A DNA stretch of 64,000 nt, taken from positions 160,001 through 224,000 of the forward strand of contig JAHKLY010000002.1 of assembly GCA_020854825.1 (NCBI GenBank), in the 5' to 3' direction. The notes below the pieces were generated by a model that was not told the DNA's origin, ran no database searches, and was given only the letters and a program-made list of their open reading frames with translations. Source of the DNA: Candidatus Micrarchaeota archaeon (GTDB lineage: Archaea > Micrarchaeota > Micrarchaeia > Anstonellales > JAHKLY01). Shown here piece after piece: positions 32,257 through 42,500 of the stretch. Numbering within the stretch: the first letter of the stretch is position 1; each line of letters opens with the position of its first letter. Both the position numbers and the translations under genes were made by a program.

Positions 32257-32736
32257 ATGGTAAGACCAAGAAGATGCAGACGTGTAAGATGTGAACCAAA
32301 TGTAGATTATTTTAAACCATCTGGAATACGCGTTCGTGATACTGATATAATAAACTTAACAGTTGATGAATTTGAAGCAATTAGGTTAGTTGATAATGAA
32401 AACATGGAGCAGATAAAGGCTGCTCAAAAAATGGAAATATCACAGCCTACTTTACATAGATTATTATCTTCAGCACATAACAAAATCGCTGATGCACTTT
32501 GCAATGGTAAAGCAATCAAAATTAAAGGAGGTGAATATATGATAGAAGAAAAAGGAGTTCCAAAAAGAGACGGCTCAGGAAAAGGAATAAGAAAGAATAG
32601 GGGACGAGGAGGATGTAATCCTACACAAGATAAAAATGCAAGACAAGAAACAGACAGAGGACCTGGTAGAGTTCTTGGAAGAGGACAAGGACCTTGTGGA
32701 AGAGGATTAGCAAACAGACGTGGAAGAAACAGATAA
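32257..32736 (+). CDS. DUF134 HTH protein with Gly/Arg-rich tail
   Basis: RPRRCRRV..FKP..DEFEAIRLVD..MEISQPT..IADAL; PKRDGSG tail; SD GGAGGT. Confidence 0.9.
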   Translation: MVRPRRCRRVRCEPNVDYFKPSGIRVRDTDIINLTVDEFEAIRLVDNENMEQIKAAQKMEISQPTLHRLLSSAHNKIADALCNGKAIKIKGGEYMIEEKGVPKRDGSGKGIRKNRGRGGCNPTQDKNARQETDRGPGRVLGRGQGPCGRGLANRRGRNR

Positions 32737-32751
32737 TTTCTGTTTCTTTTT

Positions 32752-33861
32752 TTACCCAAAAATCCTGCCCCAAAAACCTTGATCTTTAATTGTATCTTTT
32801 GAAAATAAGTCTTTAAGCGCATCTTTTTGCGCACTGTCTAATTTAGTAGGTGTATGGACAATTACTTTTACTATTAAATCACCGTGGCCTCTGCTTCTTA
32901 TGCGAGGCATACCTTCACCTTTAAGAATAAATGTTTCATGTGTTTGTGTTCCTATAGGTATTTTTAATTTCTGTTTCCCGTTTTGCAATGTTGGAATTTC
33001 TATTTCATCTCCTAAAGCTGCTTGTCCAAATGAAATAGGTATTTCTAATATTAAATCATCTCCGTCCCTTTTAAATAAGTCATGTGGTTTTACATGAATA
33101 TGAATATATAAATCTCCAGATATATCTTTTGCATAATCTCCTTGCCCTTCTAATCTTAAAGTTGCACCATCAAATATTCCTTTTGGGACGTCTAATGTGA
33201 TCTTCTCTGTTTTTCTATCTCTTCCTATTCCATCACAATTTGAACATTTATTTTTAATTATAAACCCTTTCCCTCTACAATTAGGACACGCACCTGTTGA
33301 TACAAATCTCATCCCTCCAAAATTTCTTGCTTGTTGAACCATTCCTCTTCCATGACATGTTGAACATGTTTCTTTTCCTGTTCCTCCTTGCCCTTTACAT
33401 TTTTCACATTTAACTGCATGTCTTAATTCAAATTTCTTCTTAACTCCTTTAGCTGCTTCTTCTAAAGTTACTTCTAAATATGTTTCTAAATCAGCTCCTC
33501 TTTCAACTCTTCTTCCACGTCCACCAAAAGCTGAACCAAATAAATCTGCAAATGAATTAGAGCCTCTACTACCCATATTTCCAAAACCAAATTCTCTAAA
33601 AATATCTTCAAAATTAAAATGTCTGAAAATATCTTCCTGGCTGAATTGCTGGTGGAATCCTTCATCACCATAACTATCATACATTTGTTTTTTCTGCGGG
33701 TCGCTGAGAACTGCATATGCTTCGCTTAATTCTTTGAATTTTTCTTGATCTCCCCCTTTATCTGGATGGTGCTTCATAGCCATTTTACGATAAGCTTTCT
33801 TAATTTCATCAGTACTTGCATTTTTTGATACTCCTAAAATTTCATAATAATCTTTTGACAT
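32752..33861 (-). CDS. dnaJ: Chaperone DnaJ
   Basis: J domain HPD, G/F-rich region, four CxxCxGxG repeats. Confidence 0.98.
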   Translation of the reverse strand: MSKDYYEILGVSKNASTDEIKKAYRKMAMKHHPDKGGDQEKFKELSEAYAVLSDPQKKQMYDSYGDEGFHQQFSQEDIFRHFNFEDIFREFGFGNMGSRGSNSFADLFGSAFGGRGRRVERGADLETYLEVTLEEAAKGVKKKFELRHAVKCEKCKGQGGTGKETCSTCHGRGMVQQARNFGGMRFVSTGACPNCRGKGFIIKNKCSNCDGIGRDRKTEKITLDVPKGIFDGATLRLEGQGDYAKDISGDLYIHIHVKPHDLFKRDGDDLILEIPISFGQAALGDEIEIPTLQNGKQKLKIPIGTQTHETFILKGEGMPRIRSRGHGDLIVKVIVHTPTKLDSAQKDALKDLFSKDTIKDQGFWGRIFG

Positions 33862-34205
33862 TATTTAACCCCCAAAACTACTAAAGCAAAAATAAAAAAA
33901 ATTAATCCAAAAATAAATGATACAATTGTATAAAATTCTCCTTTTCTAACCAAATAACAAGGCACCATAGACCAAATATGGGCTTTTTCATTTTTTTGTA
34001 TTGCAGCCCAATAGGATAATTTAAATAAGTTTTGAGAAAATAATAAACATAATACTACTAAACCTTCATAAGGAACAAAATCATAAATCCATTTATATAT
34101 TCCAATAAATAATGCGAATAAAATAAAAATTAAAAAATCATATTTTAACCACCATGGATCGTCTTTATTAATAAAAATATTAACTATTTTATTTTTTAAT
34201 TTCAT
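33861..34205 (-). CDS. Small membrane protein (about 3 TMs)
   Basis: Hydrophobic ORF coupled to the dnaJ start (TAATG). Confidence 0.7.
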   Translation of the reverse strand: MKLKNKIVNIFINKDDPWWLKYDFLIFILFALFIGIYKWIYDFVPYEGLVVLCLLFSQNLFKLSYWAAIQKNEKAHIWSMVPCYLVRKGEFYTIVSFIFGLIFFIFALVVLGVK

Positions 34206-34214
34206 TTTTTAACC

Positions 34215-34649
34215 TCATAAATTTTTTCTCATTAGATATTTTGCTGTTTCAAACCCTAATTTTTCATAGAATTTAACTGCGCGCTCATTTTCTGTACTTA
34301 CATCCAACGTTATTTCATCAAAACCTTGTTCTTTAGCTTTTTTTTCAATATCTTTCATAAGCGCTTTACCATAACCTTTTCCTTGTTCTCTTTTATCTAT
34401 TATAACACTGGATATATAAAGTCTTCTTCTTGGACCCATGTATTTTGGTTCTGTTTTAATAAAACCAATAATTTGGTTGTTGGCATCAGATTCTAAAACA
34501 TAATAATATTTTTTAGAATTTTGTAACTCTTTTTTCAACTGTGTCATAAATTTATCTTTATCAAAAACAATAAAACAAGGATTGCTTGCTTCATTTAAAA
34601 ATAACTTACACGCAGCATCCCAGTCTTTTATTTCAGCTCGTCTTATCAT
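34215..34649 (-). CDS. GNAT-family acetyltransferase
   Basis: QGKGYG acetyl-CoA motif, NERAVKFYEKLGF. Confidence 0.92.
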   Translation of the reverse strand: MIRRAEIKDWDAACKLFLNEASNPCFIVFDKDKFMTQLKKELQNSKKYYYVLESDANNQIIGFIKTEPKYMGPRRRLYISSVIIDKREQGKGYGKALMKDIEKKAKEQGFDEITLDVSTENERAVKFYEKLGFETAKYLMRKNL

Positions 34650-34764
34650 CTATTCATCTCTTTTTTTCCATTTTTTCATTATGCTCTTTATTTTCACTAT
34701 TTTATTTTACTTGTTTTCCTTATCCTAATCCTCTTATTATTTTATTATTTTCTTTCTTTTTCGT

Positions 34765-34805
34765 TAACGTTTTTCTTTCTTTTTTGAAAAGAAAGAAAAA
34801 GGTTA
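34765..34805 (-). terminator. U-tract/A-tract hairpin overlapping the dnaK stop codon
   Basis: TAAC-C-TTTTTCTTTCTTTT-CAA-AAAAGAAAGAAAAA-C-GTTA on the minus strand. Confidence 0.55.
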
Positions 34806-36650
34806 TTCTTTTGTAAAATCTGCATTTATTGTATCATCTGTACCTTGTGCATTTTGTTGATCTTCTGAAGGAGCTTGTTGTGCTCCTGCTTGTTGTGCGC
34901 CTTGTGCTTTTTGATATATTTCTGATCCTATCTTTTGTAATTCTTTTGTTAATGCTTCTGTTTTTTGTTTTATTTCTTGTGCATTTTCACTTGATTGTAC
35001 TTTTTTAACTTCTTCTATTTTTTCTTGTATTCTCTTTTTAATATCTTCAGGTATTTTATCTTTATATTCATCTAATGTTTTTTCACTTGAATAAACCATT
35101 GATTCCGCTTCATTTTGCGCTTCAATTAATTCTTTTCTTTGTTTATCTTCATACTCATGTACTTCTGCATCTTTCATAGCTTTTTCAACATCTTCATCAT
35201 TCATTTTGTGTGGTGCTGTTATAGTAATTTTTTGTTCTTTTCCAGTACCCTTATCTTTAGCAGAAACATTCAATAACCCATTTGCATCTATATCAAAAGT
35301 TACTTCTATTTGAGGAACCCCTCTTGGTGCTGGTGGTATACCAGTTAATTGGAAATTACCTAATTCAATATTATCTTTTGCTATTGCTCTTTCCCCTTGG
35401 AATATATGTATATCTACTGCAGGTTGGTTATCTGCAGCTGTTGAAAATATTTGACTTTTCTTTGTAGGTATAGTTGTATTCCTATCAATTAATTTTGTAA
35501 ATACTCCTCCCATTGTTTCAATACCTAAGGATAAAGGAGTAACATCTAATAAAACTAAATCTTTAACTTCACCAGATAATACTCCTGCTTGAATTGCTGC
35601 ACCCATTGCAACACATTCCATTGGATCAATACCTCGTTCTGCTTTTTTACCTACAAAATCTTCAACAAATTTTCTTACAATTGGCATTCTTGTTGGTCCA
35701 CCAACCAAAATAATTTTTGTTATTTGATCTGGGGATATTTTAGCATCTTGTAATGCATTATGTATAGGTTCTTTACATCTTTGAACTGTTGATTGAACCA
35801 AACTTTCTAATTTTGCTCTTGTTAATTTATGTTGAAAATTAACAGGTTCATTATTTTTCTGAGTTAAAAATGGTAAATTTATATCAGTTTCAACTACTGT
35901 TGATAATTCTATTTTAGCTTTTTCAGCTGCTTCTTTTAATCTTCTCATTGCAGTTGTGTCCTTACTTATATCTACTCCTTCTTTTTTATTTAGATCTTCA
36001 AGTAAATATTTTACAATCGATTCATCCATGTCTTCTCCACCTAAATTAGTATCACCATTTGTTGAAATAACTTCAAAAACCCCTTCGCCAAAATCCATTA
36101 TTGTAACATCTAATGTTCCACCACCCAAATCAAAAACTAAAATTTTATGGTCTTGATCTGCTTTGTCTAATCCAAAAGCTAATGAAGCTGCTGTTGGTTC
36201 ATTAATTATCCTAACTACATCTAATCCTGCAATTTTACCTGCATCTTTTGTTGCTTGTCTTTGATTATCATTAAAATAAGCTGGAACTGTAATTACTGCT
36301 TTTTCAACTTTATCTCCTAAAAATTCTTCGGCATCTTTTTTTATTTTTTGTAAAACAAATGCAGATAACTGTTGAGGAGTATATTCTTTATCTCCTAATT
36401 TATATTTATGATCCGTACCCATTTTTCTTTTAAATGCAGTAAATGTCCTATCTGGATTTGTAACTGCTTGTCTTCTTGCAGGTTCGCCAACTAACATTTG
36501 ATTATCTTTTGTAAATGCAACAATTGATGGAAATGCTTTTCCATACATTGTATTACCTTCTGCACTTGGTATTATCTTTGGTCTTCCGCCTTCTAATACT
36601 GATGCTGCGCTGTTTGATGTTCCTAAATCTATTCCTATTATTTTACTCAT
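34803..36650 (-). CDS. dnaK: Chaperone DnaK (Hsp70)
   Basis: [31 protein letters not shown]. Confidence 0.99.
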   Translation of the reverse strand: MSKIIGIDLGTSNSAASVLEGGRPKIIPSAEGNTMYGKAFPSIVAFTKDNQMLVGEPARRQAVTNPDRTFTAFKRKMGTDHKYKLGDKEYTPQQLSAFVLQKIKKDAEEFLGDKVEKAVITVPAYFNDNQRQATKDAGKIAGLDVVRIINEPTAASLAFGLDKADQDHKILVFDLGGGTLDVTIMDFGEGVFEVISTNGDTNLGGEDMDESIVKYLLEDLNKKEGVDISKDTTAMRRLKEAAEKAKIELSTVVETDINLPFLTQKNNEPVNFQHKLTRAKLESLVQSTVQRCKEPIHNALQDAKISPDQITKIILVGGPTRMPIVRKFVEDFVGKKAERGIDPMECVAMGAAIQAGVLSGEVKDLVLLDVTPLSLGIETMGGVFTKLIDRNTTIPTKKSQIFSTAADNQPAVDIHIFQGERAIAKDNIELGNFQLTGIPPAPRGVPQIEVTFDIDANGLLNVSAKDKGTGKEQKITITAPHKMNDEDVEKAMKDAEVHEYEDKQRKELIEAQNEAESMVYSSEKTLDEYKDKIPEDIKKRIQEKIEEVKKVQSSENAQEIKQKTEALTKELQKIGSEIYQKAQGAQQAGAQQAPSEDQQNAQGTDDTINADFTKE

Positions 36651-37226
36651 TTAATCTACCTCCTCTTTTCCGATACAAACACATGCGTGTCTAATTACTT
36701 CTCCATTTAGTAAATATCCTTTTTTCAAAACTTTTGTAATTTCTCCTTCTTTGCCTTTTTCATACATAAGAGCTTCATGTTTATATGGATCAAATTCTTT
36801 GCATTCCATTACTTCTAATCCTCTTTTTTTCAAAGTAGATAATAGTTTTTCATGCAACATTATTAATCCTTTTTTAATATTTTCATTATTTTTATCTTCT
36901 TTAATATGTTTCATAGATTCTTCTAATTCATCTAAAAATTCTAATAAATCTAATATTAATTCTTTATTAGCTGTCTTTTTTAATTTTTCAATTTCTTTAT
37001 CTGTTCTTTTATGATAATTATCAAATTCTGCATGTAATCTTAGAAGTTTCTCTTCTAATTCTTCAATCTTTTTTGTATTTTCTATTTGATTATTTTCTGT
37101 TTTTTCACAATCACAATTTTCATCATTACAATCGCAGTTTTCATCATTACAATCGCAGTTTTCATCATTACAATTGCAATTCTGATTTTCACAATTACAG
37201 TATTGGTTTTCACATTCTTTTTTCAT
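36651..37226 (-). CDS. grpE: Nucleotide exchange factor GrpE with Cys-rich N-terminal repeats
   Basis: LLRLHAEFDNY, FDPYKHEA, KGYLLNGEVIRHA; directly upstream of dnaK. Confidence 0.95.
   Translation of the reverse strand: MKKECENQYCNCENQNCNCNDENCDCNDENCDCNDENCDCEKTENNQIENTKKIEELEEKLLRLHAEFDNYHKRTDKEIEKLKKTANKELILDLLEFLDELEESMKHIKEDKNNENIKKGLIMLHEKLLSTLKKRGLEVMECKEFDPYKHEALMYEKGKEGEITKVLKKGYLLNGEVIRHACVCIGKEEVD
37107..37214 (-). repeat. 21-bp coding tandem repeat, about 5 copies (CNDENCD-like heptads)
   Basis: TTTTCATCATTACAATCGCAG-like units on the plus strand; three near-identical and two degenerate. Confidence 0.9.
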
Positions 37227-37230
37227 ATTT

Positions 37231-37611
37231 TCACCCGTCTTTTATTTCAATTTTTCTTCTTTTTTCTGTTATTATGAATTCTTTATCCATCCTTTCTGCC
37301 ATATTCTCTAATTCTTCAAACATTCTAATCATTTTTTTTCTTCTAAAATCAACATAATCTTCTATTGAATTAAATTTCATTTTATATTTTCCTTTTTTTT
37401 CTTCTAATAATCCTTGTTCTTTTAATCTTTCTAAATGGTGTCTAACTGTTAAGCGGTGAAGACCGCTTAACTTAGATAATTCAGTGCTAGTTATTGGTTC
37501 TTCTTTTTTACATAAAACTGATTTAAATACAATCACTGTTGTTCCTTCTGTATCCCTTTTTGAGAGCAATCTTGCTTTTTTACAAAATTCTTCTATCTCT
37601 TTTTGATTCAT
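37231..37611 (-). CDS. Winged-HTH transcriptional regulator, putative heat-shock regulator
   Basis: ITSTELSKLSGLHRLTVRHHLERLKEQGLL; lies between hsp20 and grpE. Confidence 0.85.
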   Translation of the reverse strand: MNQKEIEEFCKKARLLSKRDTEGTTVIVFKSVLCKKEEPITSTELSKLSGLHRLTVRHHLERLKEQGLLEEKKGKYKMKFNSIEDYVDFRRKKMIRMFEELENMAERMDKEFIITEKRRKIEIKDG

Positions 37612-37621
37612 TATTGCACCT

Positions 37622-38068
37622 TTAATTTACTTCAATTCTTTTTTTCTCCTTTTTTGAATCTGGTTTTTTCTTTACTGTTATTTCTAATACTCCATTTTTG
37701 TATGTTGCATTTACTTGATTTGGATCTGCAGTTTCTGGTAATGCGAATGTTCGTTTAAATCCCCCATATGATCTTTCATATCTTATATATCCTTCGGCTT
37801 CTCTTTTTATTTCTTCTTTTTTCTCAGTTTTAACTTCTAATCTATTTCCAATTACTTCTAATTGTATATCTTTTTTTTCTACTCCAGGTATATCCATTAT
37901 ATACACTATCTCATCTTCTTTTTCAATGATATCACTTAGTGGTGCTGAATATGTATTTATCCCTTGTTTGTTTGTTAGCATAGGCAAATTACTTTGTCTT
38001 AAATTAAACAAACTATCCATTTCTTCTTGCATTCTTTGTACCTCATCCCAAATAGTCCATCTTCTCAT
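37622..38068 (-). CDS. hsp20: Small heat-shock protein (Hsp20)
   Basis: DIPGVEKKDI, ERSYGGFKRTFALP, ATYKNGVLEITVKK, IEV tail. Confidence 0.96.
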   Translation of the reverse strand: MRRWTIWDEVQRMQEEMDSLFNLRQSNLPMLTNKQGINTYSAPLSDIIEKEDEIVYIMDIPGVEKKDIQLEVIGNRLEVKTEKKEEIKREAEGYIRYERSYGGFKRTFALPETADPNQVNATYKNGVLEITVKKKPDSKKEKKRIEVN

Positions 38069-38088
38069 ATTTATACACCTCCTATTTT

Positions 38089-38150
38089 GTTAATAAGATA
38101 TTAACTATTTAAAAACGAAATATTTAAAAAGTGTTAGTATGGTATTAACA
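38089..38150. promoter_or_regulatory. Twin palindromic operator flanking the TATA box of the heat-shock operon
   Basis: GTTAATA-AGA-TATTAAC (38089-38105) and TGTTAGTA-TGG-TATTAACA (38132-38150); minus-strand TTTTTAAATA at 38121-38130. Confidence 0.7.
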
Positions 38151-38217
38151 TTTTTAATTATTAAATCTTTTAAAAAATAACAAAAGTTTATATACTTTTT
38201 AATATTATTAAAATATA

Positions 38218-39969
38218 ATGAAAAAAATCTTATTAATATTATTACTATTTACTATCTTAGTATTTGCTAAATCCTATTCTATAGGGCCAATGACTCAAGA
38301 AATTTATATTAATTTAGATGGAACTGTTGATATTAATGAAACTCTATCTTATTCTTTTAATTCCGGTTCATTTTCAGAAGTTTATAGAACTATCCCATTA
38401 TCTTGGCAAGGCGCTGTTTTTGAAATTTTAGAATGTCAAGTTTATGAAGATGGAAAACCTATTAATACACGAGTAGATAGCATAGGAAATAATAAAATAG
38501 AGTTAATTGGATATAGTTCATGGAAGAATGAAGTACACGATTATACTTTTTCATATAAAATTTCGCATATTATTGTATGCTATGAAGATGTATGTGATTT
38601 TTACTGGAAATTAAAGGGAACTGAATGGGATAAACCTTTTCCTTCGTTAAAATCAAAAATATATTTACCCTCCAATATTTCTAAAGAAAATTATAAAGCA
38701 TGGGGACATGGACCATCAAATGGAAATGTAGAATTGTTTGACAATTATGCTTATTATACTGCAAGTGATATTGCAGGTTCGCAATATGTTGAAGCACGCT
38801 TAGCTTTTCCTTCTGAATTAATAACAGACAAATCAAATACAATAATAAAAAATGAAATGGGTTTAGAAAAAATAATAAATGAAGAGCTATCATTTTATGA
38901 AAATAATGATTTATCAACTTATGAAGAAAAAGAGGATTCATTAATAATATTTTTATTAATTTTTATTTGGATTTGCGGACTAATTAGTATTTATTTTATT
39001 TGGAAAAAATATGGTAAAGAACCAGAAATTAATTTTGATGCAAAATATTATAGAGAATTACCCAATAACTATTCTCCTGCTGTTTTAGGATGTTTGATAG
39101 ATGCAATTAATAAAAAACCAAGGACAAACGATATAGTTGCTTGTATCTTAGATTTAGCCCAAAAAGGATACCTAAAAATAAAAGAAGTTCCTGCTAAAAA
39201 AACATGGGGTATTTTTGGAAAGGATACACATACAATTATAATCCGAACAAATAAAGAGGATACAAACTTATTAAGTTTTGAAAAAGATCTTTTAACTTTC
39301 CTATTTAAAAATAAAAAGGAAGTTGATCTAGATAACAAATTTAAAAAATATAATTCTACAAATTATTCTTTTTTCGAAGAATGGAAAGATAATGTTAAAA
39401 AACATGTAGAAAAATATAAATTCCATAATTTAGAAGATGCAAAAACAGGAAAAATATATACTCTACTTGTAATTCTAATAGTAACATTCTTATCTCTGAT
39501 TATATCCTCAATATCTATTTGTTTATGCCCATTAGTAGCCATGTTAATACCATTCATAGTTATGTTTAGTATTATATTTTATTTTGGACTATCAAAACCA
39601 TTTGAAAAAAGGACTGAAAAAGGTGCATTAGAATACGAACAATGGATGGCTTTCAAAAGATTTTTAGAAGATTTAACTTTAATGAAAGAAAAACCTCCAT
39701 CTGCAGTTGAATTATGGGGCCATTATTTAATCTATGCAGTTTCATTAGGCGTTGGAGAAAAAGTAATAAAATATATTAATTTAGAATATCCTAACAACTC
39801 TCCTAACTGGTATATATCAAATAACATAAATACTACATTTACTATGGCTTCTTTTATGGCATTGAATACAACTATGGCATCAATTTCTCCTTCCTCATCA
39901 GGTTCTGGTGGAGGCTTCGGAAGCGGAGGAGGTTTCGGAGGAGGTGGTGGTGGCGGAGGCGCCAGGTGA
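38218..39969 (+). CDS. DUF2207-family membrane protein
   Basis: Signal peptide, FYWKLKG, YRELP..SPA, W..YLIYAVSLG, Gly-rich GGGGGGGAR tail. Confidence 0.92.
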   Translation: MKKILLILLLFTILVFAKSYSIGPMTQEIYINLDGTVDINETLSYSFNSGSFSEVYRTIPLSWQGAVFEILECQVYEDGKPINTRVDSIGNNKIELIGYSSWKNEVHDYTFSYKISHIIVCYEDVCDFYWKLKGTEWDKPFPSLKSKIYLPSNISKENYKAWGHGPSNGNVELFDNYAYYTASDIAGSQYVEARLAFPSELITDKSNTIIKNEMGLEKIINEELSFYENNDLSTYEEKEDSLIIFLLIFIWICGLISIYFIWKKYGKEPEINFDAKYYRELPNNYSPAVLGCLIDAINKKPRTNDIVACILDLAQKGYLKIKEVPAKKTWGIFGKDTHTIIIRTNKEDTNLLSFEKDLLTFLFKNKKEVDLDNKFKKYNSTNYSFFEEWKDNVKKHVEKYKFHNLEDAKTGKIYTLLVILIVTFLSLIISSISICLCPLVAMLIPFIVMFSIIFYFGLSKPFEKRTEKGALEYEQWMAFKRFLEDLTLMKEKPPSAVELWGHYLIYAVSLGVGEKVIKYINLEYPNNSPNWYISNNINTTFTMASFMALNTTMASISPSSSGSGGGFGSGGGFGGGGGGGGAR

Positions 39970-39973
39970 TAAA

Positions 39974-40822
39974 TTGCATTTAATAATTGGAATAGATCCA
40001 GGAACAACAACAGGAATTTCAGCTCTTAATCTAAACGGAAAACTAATTAAAATAATTAATATGAGAAATGCAGGAAAATCAGAAGTAATAAAACAAATAT
40101 TGGAAATTGGAACTCCAAGTATTATCGCTACAGACAAAAAACCTTGCCCAGATTCTGTTTTAAAAATAGCAGCAAGTTTTAATATAAGATTATTTGTTCC
40201 AAAAAAAGAGTTATCACAAGAAGAAAAAAAGAGAATAATAAAAGAACAAAACATCAAAGTTGAAAATAATCATGAAAGAGATGCATATTCTGCTGCATAT
40301 AAAGCATATCATGAATTTAGCAATAGGTTGCAACAAATAGAAAATAAAATTGAATTTATAGAAAAGGAAAGAGATTATTTAAAACATTTAGTATTAAATG
40401 GCCACTCTTTAAATAATGCAATACTCTTCTTAAAAAAACCAGTAGAAAATATAGAAAAAGAAATAAAAACAAAACCGACTACAAAAGAAAAAACTATTGA
40501 AACCTTTATATTTGAAATTAAAACTTTATCTAATAAAAATCAAGAGTTAAAAAAATCAGTCGAAAGATTAAAAATTGAAAAAACCTCACTTGAACTAATT
40601 ATCAACCATGAGAAAAATGAAAGAAAAAAAGAAATTGAAAAAAACAAAGAAGTAATTCGTCTCAAAAATGAAATTATTAGATTAAAACTATATATTGAAA
40701 ATACTAAAAAAAAGAAAAAACCCAAAAAAAAGCAGAAAAAAGATAATAGAAAGTATTTAAAAAACTTAGTTGAAAATATTATTACTGAATACAGAGACAA
40801 AAGAAAAAAAGAATTAAACTAG
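39974..40822 (+). CDS. DUF460 protein (RNase H-fold N-terminus plus coiled coil)
   Basis: IIGIDPGTTTG, IIATD, HERDAYSAA; TTG start after SD AGGTGAT. Confidence 0.88.
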   Translation: MHLIIGIDPGTTTGISALNLNGKLIKIINMRNAGKSEVIKQILEIGTPSIIATDKKPCPDSVLKIAASFNIRLFVPKKELSQEEKKRIIKEQNIKVENNHERDAYSAAYKAYHEFSNRLQQIENKIEFIEKERDYLKHLVLNGHSLNNAILFLKKPVENIEKEIKTKPTTKEKTIETFIFEIKTLSNKNQELKKSVERLKIEKTSLELIINHEKNERKKEIEKNKEVIRLKNEIIRLKLYIENTKKKKKPKKKQKKDNRKYLKNLVENIITEYRDKRKKELN

Positions 40823-40834
40823 GAGGTGTCATAT

Positions 40835-41113
40835 ATGACAGAAAAAGAAGACAATACAGTTTTTATAGGAAAAAAGAATATTATGGGATATGTATTAGCA
40901 GTAGTAACCCAATTTAATAACGGAGCAAATGCAGTAGAAATAAAAGCGAGAGGAAAAACCATATCCAAAGCAGTAGATGTAGCTGAAATTGTAAGAAATA
41001 GATTCATGCCAGATGTAACTGTAGAAAAAATTGAAATCAAAACTGAAGAACTAATGTCTGAAGATGGATCAAAATCAAAAGTCTCTGCAATTGAAATTAA
41101 ATTAAAGAGATAA
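40835..41113 (+). CDS. albA: Chromatin protein Alba
   Basis: [32 protein letters not shown]; SD AGGAGGTG. Confidence 0.97.
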   Translation: MTEKEDNTVFIGKKNIMGYVLAVVTQFNNGANAVEIKARGKTISKAVDVAEIVRNRFMPDVTVEKIEIKTEELMSEDGSKSKVSAIEIKLKR

Positions 41114-41159
41114 ATAATACATCTCTTTTTTTATTTTTCTTTTTTAAATATGTGATTAA

Positions 41160-42488
41160 ATGGAAAGAACATTAATAAATAATCTAAAAAATAGAATAGA
41201 TAAAGAAGTGCTAATCAAATGTTGGGTAGCAAATATTAGAGATAAAAATAAGATAAAATTTATAATAATCAGAGATAGGACTGGAGAAACGCAAGGAATT
41301 GCATTAGAAGAAGACTGTGAAAAAGAATCATTTGGTTTAATATCTACTATCTACCGAGAATCAGCAGTTGAAATTAAAGGAATTGTTAAAAAAAGTGAAC
41401 AAGCAAAGGAAGGCTATGAAGTTCTTATAAAAAATATTAAAATTTTATCTCCTTCAGAACCTAAACTTCCAACAGAAGTTTATGGTAAAATAGAATCAAA
41501 TTTAGATACACGATTGGATAATAGATTTTTAGACACTAGAAGAAAGGAGATTAATGCTATTTTTAGAATACGATCACAAGTATTTAAATCTGCTGTTGAA
41601 TATCTAGATTCACAAGAATTTACAAAAATTGCTACTCCTAAAATTACAGTTTTAGGTTTAGAAGGAACATCAAATAATGAAAAAAGTGGATCTGAATTAT
41701 TTACAATAGATTATTTTGGAAAAAAAGCATATCTAGCTCAATCTCCTCAGCTATATAAACAAATGTTTGTTGCAGGAGGTTTTGAAAGAGTTTATGATAT
41801 AGGACCTGTATTTAGAGCTGAAAAATCACATACTACAAGACATGTAACTGAATTTACAGGTATTGATTTTGAAATGGGTTTTATTGAAAATGAAAATGAA
41901 ATAATAGATGTTGCAGAAGGATTGATAAAATATATTACTACTAAAATAAATGAAAAATGTAAAAAAGAATTAGAAATTTTAAATAGGGAAATTTCTATTC
42001 CTAAAAAAATACCTCGTTTAGATATAAATGAAATAAGAGAAATCTTAAAACAAAAAGGAAAAGAAATACCTATTGACGAGGATTTAGATGCGGAAGGAGA
42101 AAAAATATTAAGTGAATATATTAAAGAAGAATATGATGAAGAATTTGTATTTGCATTAAATTACCCATTCAAAAAAAGACCATTTTATCATATGAAACCT
42201 GAAAATGATCCAAACGGAACAAAATCATTTGATTTAATTTATAATGGAGTAGAAATAGCAACCGGTTCTCAAAGAGAACATAGAATTGATATTTTAGCAA
42301 AACAAGCAAAAGAAAAAGGTTTAGATTTAGATCAAATGCCAGAATATAAAAAAATATTTATGTATGGATGTCCACCTCATGGGGGGATGGGATTGGGTTT
42401 AGATAGAATAGTTGAAAAAATATTAAAATTAGATAATATTAGAGAAACAATTTTATTACCAAGAGATCCAGAAAGATTAAAACCTTAA
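41160..42488 (+). CDS. aspS: Archaeal-type aspartyl-tRNA synthetase, probably non-discriminating
   Basis: RLDNRFLD, LAQSPQLYKQ, FRAEKSHTTRH, PPHGG.GLGLDR, PRDPERLKP. Confidence 0.95.
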   Translation: MERTLINNLKNRIDKEVLIKCWVANIRDKNKIKFIIIRDRTGETQGIALEEDCEKESFGLISTIYRESAVEIKGIVKKSEQAKEGYEVLIKNIKILSPSEPKLPTEVYGKIESNLDTRLDNRFLDTRRKEINAIFRIRSQVFKSAVEYLDSQEFTKIATPKITVLGLEGTSNNEKSGSELFTIDYFGKKAYLAQSPQLYKQMFVAGGFERVYDIGPVFRAEKSHTTRHVTEFTGIDFEMGFIENENEIIDVAEGLIKYITTKINEKCKKELEILNREISIPKKIPRLDINEIREILKQKGKEIPIDEDLDAEGEKILSEYIKEEYDEEFVFALNYPFKKRPFYHMKPENDPNGTKSFDLIYNGVEIATGSQREHRIDILAKQAKEKGLDLDQMPEYKKIFMYGCPPHGGMGLGLDRIVEKILKLDNIRETILLPRDPERLKP

Positions 42489-42500
42489 AAATATTTAAAA

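Noticed and set aside
34765-34805. dnaK 3' hairpin as a spliceable mRNA intron
   Set aside because: Flanking sequences do not form the central helix of a BHB motif
37107-37214. Tandem repeat as a CRISPR array
   Set aside because: Contiguous in-frame 21-bp units with no unique spacers, and no cas genes nearby
39908-39973. Acidic N-terminal extension of the DUF460 protein
   Set aside because: Alternative frame of the Gly-rich DUF2207 tail; SD plus TTG at 39974 is more plausible
41667-41687. AspRS insertion as a BHB-type mRNA intron
   Set aside because: No complementary 4-bp central helix or bulges can be drawn, and the frame is intact
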